From IMG/VR virus record IMGVR_UViG_3300028384_001500, positions 62,001-126,000 of that record: DNA of 64,000 bases. The stretch is one strand, 5' to 3'. The position numbers and the translations under genes are program-made. Below the pieces are notes generated by a model. The model searched no databases. It worked only from the letters and a program-made list of their open reading frames with translations, and was not told the origin of the DNA. Of the stretch, positions 35,792-45,683 are shown in pieces. The first letter of the stretch is position 1, and each line of letters opens with the position of its first letter.

Positions 35792-38700
35792 CTGATGTCT
35801 ATTTGACTAACATATCCAGTCCAGTCTTCGCTAGCTGTAATTCTTACAACAATTGATTCTGCACCTGAGGTTTGACCATTTATGCTAAACGTTCCAAAGT
35901 TAACTTCGTTTGCAGCTCCTCCACTATCAATTGTCGCGTCTAGCGTTCCTGAAAGACAACCGTCGCCTTCTTGACCTGATACAGACCCTGCCCCTGAGGT
36001 GAATGCAACTGCTAAATCAACAAATTCGTTTTTGCCCGGGCATTTTAATTCAATTGTGCAATTTTTGTTTGCACCTTTTCCTGTTGATCGATCAACAATT
36101 GTTGCATCACCATAAATTGTTATACCAAAACGTGCCAAATCGTTATTAGAGCTATTTTCAAAATATCTAAAATACTCACGCGTTGATTCTGTTAGTGAGC
36201 TGTAATTAACATTATTATCAGGACCTTCAAAAACACCTCCATCAGTATGATTTCTAAAGTCACCAGAGTTACCACCTTTAAGCGGAGATATTAGAATTCC
36301 GTCATAAACCATTAAACCTTTGGCAAATCCTGCATAACTACCAGCGTCATTTATGGATATCTGAGAGTCCCATGCGTTTCCTGCCAATGTTATACTATTT
36401 TGTGTTGCAAAAGTTCCACTTTGAATTCGATATTGTTCACCATTAAAATATTCGTTGTCATGAGTAGAATTATCGCTAGCTGAATATACTAACAGATTTG
36501 TTGCAGTTTGTGTTGCAATTGTATGATTGTTTTTAAGTGGATGTTTAAACGTTAAAGCCCCACCACAATTTAGCAATGAAGTTCCTGTATCTGAAGTAAA
36601 TGCGCCTGATAGAGAAGTTGATTGACTAAATTGTATAGATGCAGTTATGTGCGTGACTTCGTTTTGAGCGTCAGCGTTTGTGTTTAAAGACTGTAAAGGA
36701 GCAGCACCATCATTTTCAGTCCTGTCAGCAGTTAAACCGTCCCCTCTCTGGACAATCGATACTGCATTTGCATTTGTAAGACTAGTCAATCTAATTGCAT
36801 CGCTATCGTTTGAGTATACATTTTTATAAATGTTACTTATTCGTGTTTCAATACTTCCTGTTGGGTTGACAAAGTATTTGACACCGCTCAAGTAAAATAC
36901 ATCATCATCACCAAATTGTGTTATTCCTGTTCCTGCATCTGTGATATTATTATTTTGACTTTCGCTGTCATTTACCCACTCAATATAGTTTGTGGTTCTA
37001 GTTCCCCAACTTCCTACATGTTTGACACGTGCATAATTCCATCCGTCTCTTTGATCATCAGTATGTACACGATATTTCCCTGTTCTTTGTATCTCTAAAT
37101 AATAAGGAACATCATTATCGTATTCAGCTGGTCTCCAAACACTTAAATCAAAAAACCCGCTACTACCTGTAAATGTTGTACCTGTTCCGCTTCCTGGTTC
37201 ACCAGCCCCAACATTGTTGTATGTTCCTGTTAAGTCAACTGTATGTAAGTCTGTTCCATTTACTTCTAGTACTAGTGAACCGCTATTGGCGTCTGAAAAA
37301 GAATTTGTAACATAATCTGGTAAAACTGCTGAGACATCTTCATTTAAGTCTCCCTCTATAGTAGTCGTCTTATCAAAAACAGCTGTTCTAATATTATTAC
37401 TTGACGTTAAAACCTGATATGTAGCATTTAGGCCTACTGAACTAAATCCTGCTGTTGTTCCTACATTTGTATAGCCTGTGATTGATTTTGTCGTACCAAA
37501 TGACAAAGCAGCCGTTACACCGGTATCGTTACAATCTATGTCGTCTAGGTCAGGTATTGCTGTGATTGTTCCTGTTCCTGCACCAAAAGTGACGTCAATT
37601 TGACTTATATAACCTGTCCAAGAAGTATCAGCCTCTATTCTTATTCCAATATACTCGTCATCAAGTATACCTACTGTGCCTAATGTAATGTAGTTAAGTG
37701 CATCTAAACTATTGTCAAAAGACAAGGATCCGTTTGCTGTGTGAGCTCCGTCATTATCATCATATGCGTCTAATACAAACTCTGTTGCTAAGTCCAACCA
37801 ACCGGTTTCTCTGGTTCCGTTATCTGGAAATTTAACAAATACTCTAATTCTTCCGGTGTTTAACGAGGTTGATGCTGGCACAATTGTTGTACCCGACCCT
37901 TGTATATTTAAGGTTAGATCATATTGAGTTGATCCTGTTTCATTTCTGAACCACCTATAAAACGTTCTTTGACCGGTTTCACCGCTATAATCCGGATTAC
38001 CAGATGGACCATTGCTAAAAGTACTAAAGTCACCGCTGTTTAATGTATTTAAAGGCGATTTAAGTCTTTGATTAAAAAACTGCAATCCGTTAGAATGACC
38101 ACCATTTGATGCCGTCATAAAGACTTCACTATCCCAAATATTACCGGCATCAACTAAAGAAGCTTGTGTATTATAAGATCCGGAAATTATTCTAAAATTT
38201 TCTCTTCTAAATGTTTCTCTTTGATTTGTCGAATTATTAGATCGATTATAAATTAGTATCCCTTCATCTGTTGCTTGCCCTGCATTAGAAAGATTAGATT
38301 TAAAAGGATGAGTAACATTTACACCAGCAGTGATTGACCCACTCAACATTTGTGTTGCAGTTATTGTAGAAGAACCTGTGATATGTAAATTTTTTGTATG
38401 ATCTTCACCTGCAATAGTATCAATTGTTGGCTTTGTTTGGCTGGATATAGAAAAAGAAACACCTGAGTTTAGAGAACCGGCATTAGAAGTTGTAAATGTT
38501 ATGTTGTTTGTGTCGTACACATTTCTATAAACATTATCTGCCCTTACACGATATTCTGCGCTTCCTCCAGTAAAATACTCTACACCTGACAAATGCACTG
38601 TTCCTGTGCCGGTAAATTCTAATTCATTACCAGAAGTTGACAACGCATCTGAATTTGTATCATTTAACCATTCTACATAGTTTGTTTCGATTGTTGTTGT

Positions 38701-39645
38701 ACCGTAAACATGAAGTACACGAGCATAATTCCAACCTTGTCTTTGATCAGATGAAACAACTCGATACCCGCCTGTTCTATGTTTAAAGTTAGGAAATGAT
38801 GATCCGTTATCAAGAGTACCATCAGTTGCTACTGATAAAGATGTAAAGCAAGATCCCGTTGTGTTTGTATTGCCGCTTCCGAAAGAAGTAAGATCTGTTG
38901 TGTGTACAACAGCTCCGTTGATTTCAAGCCTTAATTCGCCTTGATCAGCGTTGCCAAAAGCATTAGCAGCGTAATTGTTACCTGTTCCAGAAGGATCTTG
39001 GGTCACGTCTTCGTTAAGCGTCCCTTCTATCGTTCTTAAAGATCCAAAAGCGCCCACCCTAATATTATTACCTGATGAACCGGGCGAATAAGTATCATTT
39101 ACGTCTAATGCTCCAAAACCTGCTGCAGTTCCGACTGAATAATAAGGTGTTAATTCACTTTCTAAATCGTTATCAGCTCCAAATGAAAGCTCAACTGTAC
39201 TTGCGCCTGTGTTGTCATTATCAATATCGTCTAAATCAGGTGCGGGAGCAGGTGCCAACAAAGAAAGTATTTCATTAAATCTATCAATTGCAATTCCTAG
39301 ACGTGTTGCGGGTGTAAAATCTTTAAACAAACCGTCTGTATAGTCACCATCTTCAGCAATACCAATTGATGCTGTTAGAGCTGCCCTTCCTCCAGTTTCA
39401 TCGTTTAATATAAAACCGTCTGAGGCCGCAATAGTAGAAACGGTGGAAACATCAACAGATCCTGAACTAACTGTTATACTTCCACCGGCACCTGCTGTAC
39501 CAATAGTAAAGTTTCCATTTCCATCATCTTGTACAGTTACATTGCTTCCAGCGACAATACTTCCAGATAAAAATCCTCCGTATCCATCAGCAATTTGCAG
39601 CGACCCTAAGGACCCTGACGACTCATTAACTCTTAATGCTGTCAT
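35776..39645 (-). CDS. Large fibre or structural protein made of two tandem homologous units of about 560 aa
   Basis: PDLDDID, LEI/VNG, DQRxGWNYARV, LSGVxYF and YRxFxN each occur twice. Confidence 0.7.
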   Translation of the reverse strand: MTALRVNESSGSLGSLQIADGYGGFLSGSIVAGSNVTVQDDGNGNFTIGTAGAGGSITVSSGSVDVSTVSTIAASDGFILNDETGGRAALTASIGIAEDGDYTDGLFKDFTPATRLGIAIDRFNEILSLLAPAPAPDLDDIDNDNTGASTVELSFGADNDLESELTPYYSVGTAAGFGALDVNDTYSPGSSGNNIRVGAFGSLRTIEGTLNEDVTQDPSGTGNNYAANAFGNADQGELRLEINGAVVHTTDLTSFGSGNTNTTGSCFTSLSVATDGTLDNGSSFPNFKHRTGGYRVVSSDQRQGWNYARVLHVYGTTTIETNYVEWLNDTNSDALSTSGNELEFTGTGTVHLSGVEYFTGGSAEYRVRADNVYRNVYDTNNITFTTSNAGSLNSGVSFSISSQTKPTIDTIAGEDHTKNLHITGSSTITATQMLSGSITAGVNVTHPFKSNLSNAGQATDEGILIYNRSNNSTNQRETFRRENFRIISGSYNTQASLVDAGNIWDSEVFMTASNGGHSNGLQFFNQRLKSPLNTLNSGDFSTFSNGPSGNPDYSGETGQRTFYRWFRNETGSTQYDLTLNIQGSGTTIVPASTSLNTGRIRVFVKFPDNGTRETGWLDLATEFVLDAYDDNDGAHTANGSLSFDNSLDALNYITLGTVGILDDEYIGIRIEADTSWTGYISQIDVTFGAGTGTITAIPDLDDIDCNDTGVTAALSFGTTKSITGYTNVGTTAGFSSVGLNATYQVLTSSNNIRTAVFDKTTTIEGDLNEDVSAVLPDYVTNSFSDANSGSLVLEVNGTDLHTVDLTGTYNNVGAGEPGSGTGTTFTGSSGFFDLSVWRPAEYDNDVPYYLEIQRTGKYRVHTDDQRDGWNYARVKHVGSWGTRTTNYIEWVNDSESQNNNITDAGTGITQFGDDDVFYLSGVKYFVNPTGSIETRISNIYKNVYSNDSDAIRLTSLTNANAVSIVQRGDGLTADRTENDGAAPLQSLNTNADAQNEVTHITASIQFSQSTSLSGAFTSDTGTSLLNCGGALTFKHPLKNNHTIATQTATNLLVYSASDNSTHDNEYFNGEQYRIQSGTFATQNSITLAGNAWDSQISINDAGSYAGFAKGLMVYDGILISPLKGGNSGDFRNHTDGGVFEGPDNNVNYSSLTESTREYFRYFENSSNNDLARFGITIYGDATIVDRSTGKGANKNCTIELKCPGKNEFVDLAVAFTSGAGSVSGQEGDGCLSGTLDATIDSGGAANEVNFGTFSINGQTSGAESIVVRITASEDWTGYVSQIDIRWSVA

Positions 39646-39746
39646 TAACTATACTCAAACAAAAACTTAACTTAACTTAAAAACATCATGCAGCGTAACC
39701 ACATGATGTTATAAATATACACTATCAAGTAAAAGTGTTAAAAAAA

Positions 39747-40640
39747 TTATTTAAGGTCTTGTAACAAGTTTTTAATGTCTAGTCCTGCACAATCTATTTT
39801 TCTTCTTGTGGCGTGGTAGTGACTTACAAATCCTTTAAATTTATTTGTCTCAACTTCTTTAGAAACACCTTTTAAAGTATTACCATTTTTGTCGACTGGG
39901 CATTCTAAAGGTATACCTAAGCCTTTGTGAATAGCTTTCCATAATGCTTGTAGTGCCTGGATCTGAACATTGTAAAAACCTGTAAATGGTTTCATAGGTT
40001 TTCCGTGAATTGTTTCACCTTCAATTACTGGCCGTTCTCCAAATCCATTTTTCTTGTACCAACTTTGCCACTTTAAATCATATGCATTACTAATTTCAAT
40101 TCCTACTGTGCTATGATTTAAAGTTCTAGAGCCTGCATGCCATGCAGCATGATTCATGTCCATAGTTTGATAAATTGTGCCATCATTGTCTAGTAAAAAG
40201 TGAACCGATATTCCTCGCTTTTTAAGTACACGATTACACGTTTTTGAATTGAGACAAACATCCCAGTGATTCATGAACATTTTAATGTCTCTTTTTTCTG
40301 TATATGGCGTATATCCTTTTTCTAATTTAAGGCCTTTTTCCTCAGACCACAGCACCACTTTAGGCCAGTTAATTGGAATAAAATTTCCTTGGTGTACTAT
40401 AAACGACTCGTCTTTGTCAGGTATAAGATCCGGTTCATAATCGTCAATATTCTGCTCCCTTTCTGTTAGCAGTCTTCTATATGTCCCAGACCCACAAAGA
40501 CCGTCTGCAGTTAGACCGTTATTTTTTTGCCAATTAGTAATTTTTTTAATTAAATCTTTGTCGAATTTATCATGCCCGAACCACTCAGGTGTCCACCCGT
40601 GTTTTTCTGCCTTTGATTTATTGTAAGCTATTTTATCCAT
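39747..40640 (-). CDS. N-acetylmuramoyl-L-alanine amidase (Amidase_2) with a PG-binding domain; endolysin candidate
   Basis: Start revised to 40640 (GAGGAG RBS); WQKNNGLTADGLCG, NHWD, SVHFLLDNDGTIYQ, AWHAG, GIEISN, SHYH. Confidence 0.88.
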   Translation of the reverse strand: MDKIAYNKSKAEKHGWTPEWFGHDKFDKDLIKKITNWQKNNGLTADGLCGSGTYRRLLTEREQNIDDYEPDLIPDKDESFIVHQGNFIPINWPKVVLWSEEKGLKLEKGYTPYTEKRDIKMFMNHWDVCLNSKTCNRVLKKRGISVHFLLDNDGTIYQTMDMNHAAWHAGSRTLNHSTVGIEISNAYDLKWQSWYKKNGFGERPVIEGETIHGKPMKPFTGFYNVQIQALQALWKAIHKGLGIPLECPVDKNGNTLKGVSKEVETNKFKGFVSHYHATRRKIDCAGLDIKNLLQDLK

Positions 40641-40641
40641 A

Positions 40642-41106
40642 TTATACTCCTCTTTTGACTCGCTGCCCGAGTAAATATATATATGTCTCATATTGGTTAG
40701 CTGCAGCCGCTAAATAGTCGTCCAATCCAAGTGTTAACATTCTTTTACTTTCTAGGCTTCTATAAAGACTAGTTAGATGTTTAACATGATGTCGCATAAA
40801 AGCTAGACCTTCAGCAGATATCGCGTCTGCGTTCATGTCGACAGGTGAGGAAAACTGGGTTAAAAATTTAATGGACTCAGAAGTAGCTGCTATTGGACAT
40901 GCAATTTTTTCTGTGTCTAAAATAACAATAAATTTTTCAATTAATGCGTCAAAATCTTCGTTAATTCCATTGTATATTTCACCGTAAAGATTGACATGAT
41001 CACCCGCAAATCCTGCACCTTTTGTAACATGATGTGCGGCGTGAAACCATGTTAATAGCGCTTTTGTACACCCAACGTAAGCAGATACTTCTTCTAACAT
41101 TTTCAA
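40642..41106 (-). CDS. Dps/ferritin-like protein
   Basis: WFHAAHHVTKGAGFAGDH...YGEIY...DALIEK four-helix ferroxidase pattern. Confidence 0.7.
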   Translation of the reverse strand: MKMLEEVSAYVGCTKALLTWFHAAHHVTKGAGFAGDHVNLYGEIYNGINEDFDALIEKFIVILDTEKIACPIAATSESIKFLTQFSSPVDMNADAISAEGLAFMRHHVKHLTSLYRSLESKRMLTLGLDDYLAAAANQYETYIYLLGQRVKRGV

Positions 41107-41123
41107 CTCCTATAATAACTTAA

Positions 41124-41726
41124 CTATTCTAAATTAATTGTAACATCCAAGTCAACACTCATTTTAGGCACTCTTAAGTGATTTGCTAAATTATGCTTTT
41201 TAGCTTCAGTCGAATCTAAAAACCAATCAGCGTGCTTTTTCTTATCTACTAGCTTAAGAAAGTAGTCATCTGCCTTGCCGCAGTTTTGTGCCATCATTTT
41301 ATACACAATTTGATTAAGGCGATCTGACTCTTTTGCAGAAGCTTTTACTTCTTCTACTTTACCTAGTTGTCCTGAACTTACGTCGTGGATCATAAGTGTT
41401 GCGTTAGGATCCATGAATCTACGTCCTTCTTCTCCAAAAGAAAATAGTATAGCTCCACAACTCATTGCTTTTCCTTGCACGATTGTTGCAACAGGTAATT
41501 CTGCGTTTTTAATTGTAGAAATCATCGACATCAAAGAGTATACTTGGCCACCGTAACTATCAATAACAATTGGAATTACTTTTTGCCCTGTGTTGTGTGC
41601 CATTGCCATTTTTGTTGCAAACTCTTTTGCGCTTTCTTCATCAAACTTATTAACTCTAACAATTACAGGTTGTAAGTGTAATTCATATTCTTTAACAAGT
41701 GGCGATGTATTATATTTCCAAAGCAT
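41124..41726 (-). CDS. clpP: ClpP-like protease
   Basis: IDSYGG, KAMSCGA (catalytic Ser), LMIHD (His), DWFLDSTEA. Confidence 0.88.
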   Translation of the reverse strand: MLWKYNTSPLVKEYELHLQPVIVRVNKFDEESAKEFATKMAMAHNTGQKVIPIVIDSYGGQVYSLMSMISTIKNAELPVATIVQGKAMSCGAILFSFGEEGRRFMDPNATLMIHDVSSGQLGKVEEVKASAKESDRLNQIVYKMMAQNCGKADDYFLKLVDKKKHADWFLDSTEAKKHNLANHLRVPKMSVDLDVTINLE

Positions 41727-41755
41727 ATATTTCTCCTTTTTAAATTTATGTTTCT

Positions 41756-41791
41756 ATTATAACAAAAAAGAGGAGTTATTACACTCCTCTT
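41756..41791 (-). terminator. Terminator (41768-41775/41784-41791) overlapping promoter GTGTAA-17-TATAAT for clpP
   Basis: AAGAGGAG/CTCCTCTT stem with a T-run; exact 17-nt spacer. Confidence 0.7.
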
Positions 41792-41812
41792 GATAAACAG
41801 GTAACGGTTATT

Positions 41813-44287
41813 TTATCCGCATTTACTGCTACCGCAAGACTTACATGTGACACAGCCTTCTTGATATACTAGGCTACCTTCTGCTCCACAGTGTGGGCAT
41901 TTTTTAGCAACCTTAGTTCCGTCGACAATGTAGTTTTTAAGACAGCGGGAAATAACCTTTGAAAAACTAAACATGTCCATTTCTTTGTCTTTTTGCATTT
42001 GTTCAACTAAGTACTGAACTGGTACTCCATGTCGCAAAGAAGTAGAAATAACTCTTGTATAACCGGCATGATTAGGATTGTCAAAGACAGATACTACGTC
42101 TTTTATAATAAGGGTATTATCGTCTTTTCCTACTGTTAGGTCGTATTTACTATTCTTGGTCTTGAAAACTCTTTTTTGGAGTTTACCATGTTTATATCTT
42201 GTCGGGATTTCTATCTGATCTGCTTCGCCGCCAATGACTTCATAAGGCATTCCGTCTAGGAGGCCAACTAACACTACCCATTTTTGTCCTTTAACAGACG
42301 TGTGGTATATGTCGCAATCTAACTCTTCCGGTCTTTTTGGCGCATCTCTTTCTACAATTTTATTATTATCTTCTTTCTTATCATCTGTTGAAACTAGCAC
42401 ACCTGATCGTGAACCATCGCGGTATACAGTCACACCTTTGCATCCGAGCTCCCAACCAAGCATGTAAATGTCTTTTACTGTCTCTACGTCAATGTCATTT
42501 GGAAGATTAGTAGTATTCGAGATAGCATGGCAGATCCACTTTTGTGCAACTGACTGGAGTTTCACCTTTGCACGCCAATCAATTTCATTAGCAGTGCCAC
42601 CATGATATGGAGAGCGTTCGATTGCTGTATCTACTTCCTCGTCAGAAACGTAATTCACGGCCATCCATTCTTTAAATTTGTGATGGTACACATTAAACTC
42701 TGTCCATTCGTCGCCAAGATCGTCTACAAACATCACCTTCTCACCGTTTTGCACTTTCTTACGTCTCTTGTAGTACAGCATGAAAGCAGGTTCAATACCT
42801 GATGTAGTTTGGGTGAGACATGACACTGAGCCGGCAGGTGCTGTTGTTGTGTTCGCAATGTTGCGACGTCCGTAAGTACGATAATCTTCAACAACTTCAG
42901 GCGTCAATTCGCTAATAACTCTTTTTAGGAAAGGGTGAACTTTTTCTTTTCTGTGATTAAATATTTCAAAAGCGCCTCTTTCTTTTGCAAGCTGAATAGA
43001 TTCTTCGTAAGAAGCAAGTGACAACCATTTATAGATCTCTTCAACTGTTTCGATTGATTTATCATCACCATATATCTGGCCTAACATAGCGATAGTGTCG
43101 CCTAATCCAGTTACACCTAGGCCAGTTCTACGACCGTTTTGAGCGACCTCTTTAATCTTAAGCCAGAGCTGTTTTTCTGGTAATTTTGTTTCATCTCCTT
43201 CGGGGTCGCTATCAATTTTTGCAAGAATTTTATCAATCTGTTCAATTTCAAGATCGATCATGTCGTCCATTAAGCGCTGAGCTTTTCGAGAATAGTTTCT
43301 AAACTTACCCCAATCGAAACTTGCTTTGTCTGTCCATGCGTTTTCTACGAAGGAGGTGAGGTTCATTAGCATAAGACGACATGAGTCATACGGGGAAAGG
43401 ATAATTTCTCCGCAAGGGTTCGTCGACACAGAGCCAAAACCTACATCCGAGTAAGCATCAGATGGAGTCATGCGTGTGGCTGTATCCCAGAAAAGAACGC
43501 CTGGTTCTGCTGATGCGTGTGCTCCTTCGATAAGTTCGTTCCAAACTTCTGTTGCTTTTAAGTGGTCATGAACTTCAGGATTATCTGAGTCGACTGGCCA
43601 TCGAACTGTATAGTGATCATCATTTTTTACAGCATTCATAAACTCGTCTGTGACGCGAACAGAGATATTGGCACCTGTCACTTTTGTCAAGTCTCGCTTA
43701 ATTCTAATAAAGTCTAGTACTTGTGGGTGGTGAACAGAGATTGAAAGCATTAATGCACCTCGGCGACCACCTTGTGCAACCTCTCGACATGAGTTTGAAA
43801 ACCTTTCTAAAAAGACCTCAATACCGTCTGTAGTTTTTGCTGCATTTGATGTGATCATTCCCTTAGGGCGAATAGTGGAAACATCAAAGCCTACGCCACC
43901 TCTTCGCTTCATAATCTGTACTTGCTCTTGGTCTGTCTTTAGAATCCCACCGTAAGAGTCTTCTGGCGCTTCAATTACAAAGCAGTTAGATATAGACTGT
44001 ATTTTTGCTTTATTTCCAATACCACTCATAGGTGATCCTTGAGGTACCACAAAGCGAAACCCTTGAAATAAGCCATATATCTCTTCAAAGCTCATTGGGT
44101 TGTCATATTTTTGTTCAATACGGGCAAATTCCTTTGCCAATCTTTTGTGCATATCATCCGGTGTTAATTCCAGATAACTGCCTTCTTCATCTTGCAATGC
44201 ATATTTTCCTGCAAAAACTGATGCTGCTAATTCGTCACCACCAAAATATTCTAGCGACGATTCATAAACCTTTTGATAATCGTACAT
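41813..44287 (-). CDS. nrdJ: Class II (B12-dependent) ribonucleotide reductase
   Basis: PQGSPM, SNCFV, QGGRRGALM, TNPCGEI, TTAPAGS, GCKGVTVYRDGSR, C-terminal Zn ribbon; no ATP cone and no beta subunit nearby. Confidence 0.9.
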   Translation of the reverse strand: MYDYQKVYESSLEYFGGDELAASVFAGKYALQDEEGSYLELTPDDMHKRLAKEFARIEQKYDNPMSFEEIYGLFQGFRFVVPQGSPMSGIGNKAKIQSISNCFVIEAPEDSYGGILKTDQEQVQIMKRRGGVGFDVSTIRPKGMITSNAAKTTDGIEVFLERFSNSCREVAQGGRRGALMLSISVHHPQVLDFIRIKRDLTKVTGANISVRVTDEFMNAVKNDDHYTVRWPVDSDNPEVHDHLKATEVWNELIEGAHASAEPGVLFWDTATRMTPSDAYSDVGFGSVSTNPCGEIILSPYDSCRLMLMNLTSFVENAWTDKASFDWGKFRNYSRKAQRLMDDMIDLEIEQIDKILAKIDSDPEGDETKLPEKQLWLKIKEVAQNGRRTGLGVTGLGDTIAMLGQIYGDDKSIETVEEIYKWLSLASYEESIQLAKERGAFEIFNHRKEKVHPFLKRVISELTPEVVEDYRTYGRRNIANTTTAPAGSVSCLTQTTSGIEPAFMLYYKRRKKVQNGEKVMFVDDLGDEWTEFNVYHHKFKEWMAVNYVSDEEVDTAIERSPYHGGTANEIDWRAKVKLQSVAQKWICHAISNTTNLPNDIDVETVKDIYMLGWELGCKGVTVYRDGSRSGVLVSTDDKKEDNNKIVERDAPKRPEELDCDIYHTSVKGQKWVVLVGLLDGMPYEVIGGEADQIEIPTRYKHGKLQKRVFKTKNSKYDLTVGKDDNTLIIKDVVSVFDNPNHAGYTRVISTSLRHGVPVQYLVEQMQKDKEMDMFSFSKVISRCLKNYIVDGTKVAKKCPHCGAEGSLVYQEGCVTCKSCGSSKCG

Positions 44288-44300
44288 TAAGTCTCCCTGA

Positions 44301-45683
44301 TTATTTTCCTGTTATCTCTTTCCATTTTGATTTAAGCATGTTTTTTGTTCCAACATTAGAGGCTTCAACTACATCTGCAATTGACATTTCTCCAACGTCT
44401 TCTAATACGTTAATTTTTGACATTGACGTATCGATACGGATTGGGAACATTAATCCGTCGCGACCTGCACGATTTTTTGCCACAAAGAGTCGACCTGCTC
44501 CTGTAGATTTTTCCATAGGCTTACGTGAAAGTGAAACAACAACATCTGCCACCATGGCTTTACCATATGCCTCAGACATATTTTCCAATCCTACAACATC
44601 AGCTTTAGCAGAGTCTCTGTTTGCTTGTGATGCTGTCCAGATAGGTATATTCATTTCCATTGCCAAGTTCCTAAGTTCTTCATATACTAATTTTAGTTCG
44701 TGTCTAAGTGAATCGTAAGTTCGTGTTGATCGCATAATATCCGCATAATCGATCACGAGTAAGCTCGGTTTGAAATCTTTCATAGCTAGTTTTTCTAGGT
44801 GATTTCTAATAGTTACGATGCTTGCCGCGCCGGTCGGGTATTGCTTAATTATTAAGCGACCATAGTCATTTTCTGAATAAGTTTCGAGTATTTTTTCTTT
44901 ATGTTGAATAACATTTGAAGATGGTATACTACATAAATTACTGTCGTATCTTATACCAACTGCAGTTTCAGTTAATTCAAAAGTATAATGAACTACATTT
45001 TTTCCACGACGCAATGCCTCAGCACCCATAGCAACTAGGTAATGAGATTTTCCAACCCCAGTATTAGCAACTACAACGCCAATTTCACCTCGTCCTAAGC
45101 CACCGTTTAAGACATCTTTTTTGTCCAAATGGCTAATACCTGTTGGGCATGTTGCACGATCAATAAGTTGAAAGCGCGCTTCATGGTCTTCAAAAAAGTC
45201 ATGACCTGTCGTTGATGAACTACCTTTAAAGACAGCATCTTTCATAATACTAAGAACAGACTCGTAATTTTCTGACTTAATTGCTTTTACACTATCTTCA
45301 AGTGCTTGTTGGAGTGCTTGTTTCTTGCAAAAGTCAAGCGATTTATCTTTTACGTACTTGAGATCTGTTAGGTTGGGATTTGCTTTCATGCGAGAAAGAT
45401 ATTCAATTACTTGTTCTCGAAGAATAACATCATCGCCAGTAGACAAATCATCCTTGATAATAGAAACTAATAATGGGAGTGTCGGGAAGTTCCTATATTT
45501 TTCATGAAAACTGAAAAATCTGTCACAAAGAAATTGGAGATATTTAAGTTCAAAGTAGTCATATTTCATTACCTCCATCATTTGTGAAGCCCAAGAATGA
45601 TCATCTAAAAGTGCTTGAAAAATCTTTTCTTGAAAATCTTTTCCGTATTTTGAAAAGTAATTGATATTTGCTGATGCGTTCAT
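44301..45683 (-). CDS. dnaB: DnaB/gp41-like replicative helicase
   Basis: ANTGVGKS, IDYAD, WTASQANR, KNRAG. Confidence 0.9.
   Translation of the reverse strand: MNASANINYFSKYGKDFQEKIFQALLDDHSWASQMMEVMKYDYFELKYLQFLCDRFFSFHEKYRNFPTLPLLVSIIKDDLSTGDDVILREQVIEYLSRMKANPNLTDLKYVKDKSLDFCKKQALQQALEDSVKAIKSENYESVLSIMKDAVFKGSSSTTGHDFFEDHEARFQLIDRATCPTGISHLDKKDVLNGGLGRGEIGVVVANTGVGKSHYLVAMGAEALRRGKNVVHYTFELTETAVGIRYDSNLCSIPSSNVIQHKEKILETYSENDYGRLIIKQYPTGAASIVTIRNHLEKLAMKDFKPSLLVIDYADIMRSTRTYDSLRHELKLVYEELRNLAMEMNIPIWTASQANRDSAKADVVGLENMSEAYGKAMVADVVVSLSRKPMEKSTGAGRLFVAKNRAGRDGLMFPIRIDTSMSKINVLEDVGEMSIADVVEASNVGTKNMLKSKWKEITGK

Noticed and set aside
32270-39645. Diversity-generating retroelement acting on the fibre genes
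   Set aside because: No reverse transcriptase in the window and no long TR/VR pair differing only at adenines; shared DNA is limited to a 15-nt core
41813-44287. Class II RNR as a novelty
   Set aside because: B12-dependent RNRs are common in large phages; it only implies a cobalamin-proficient host
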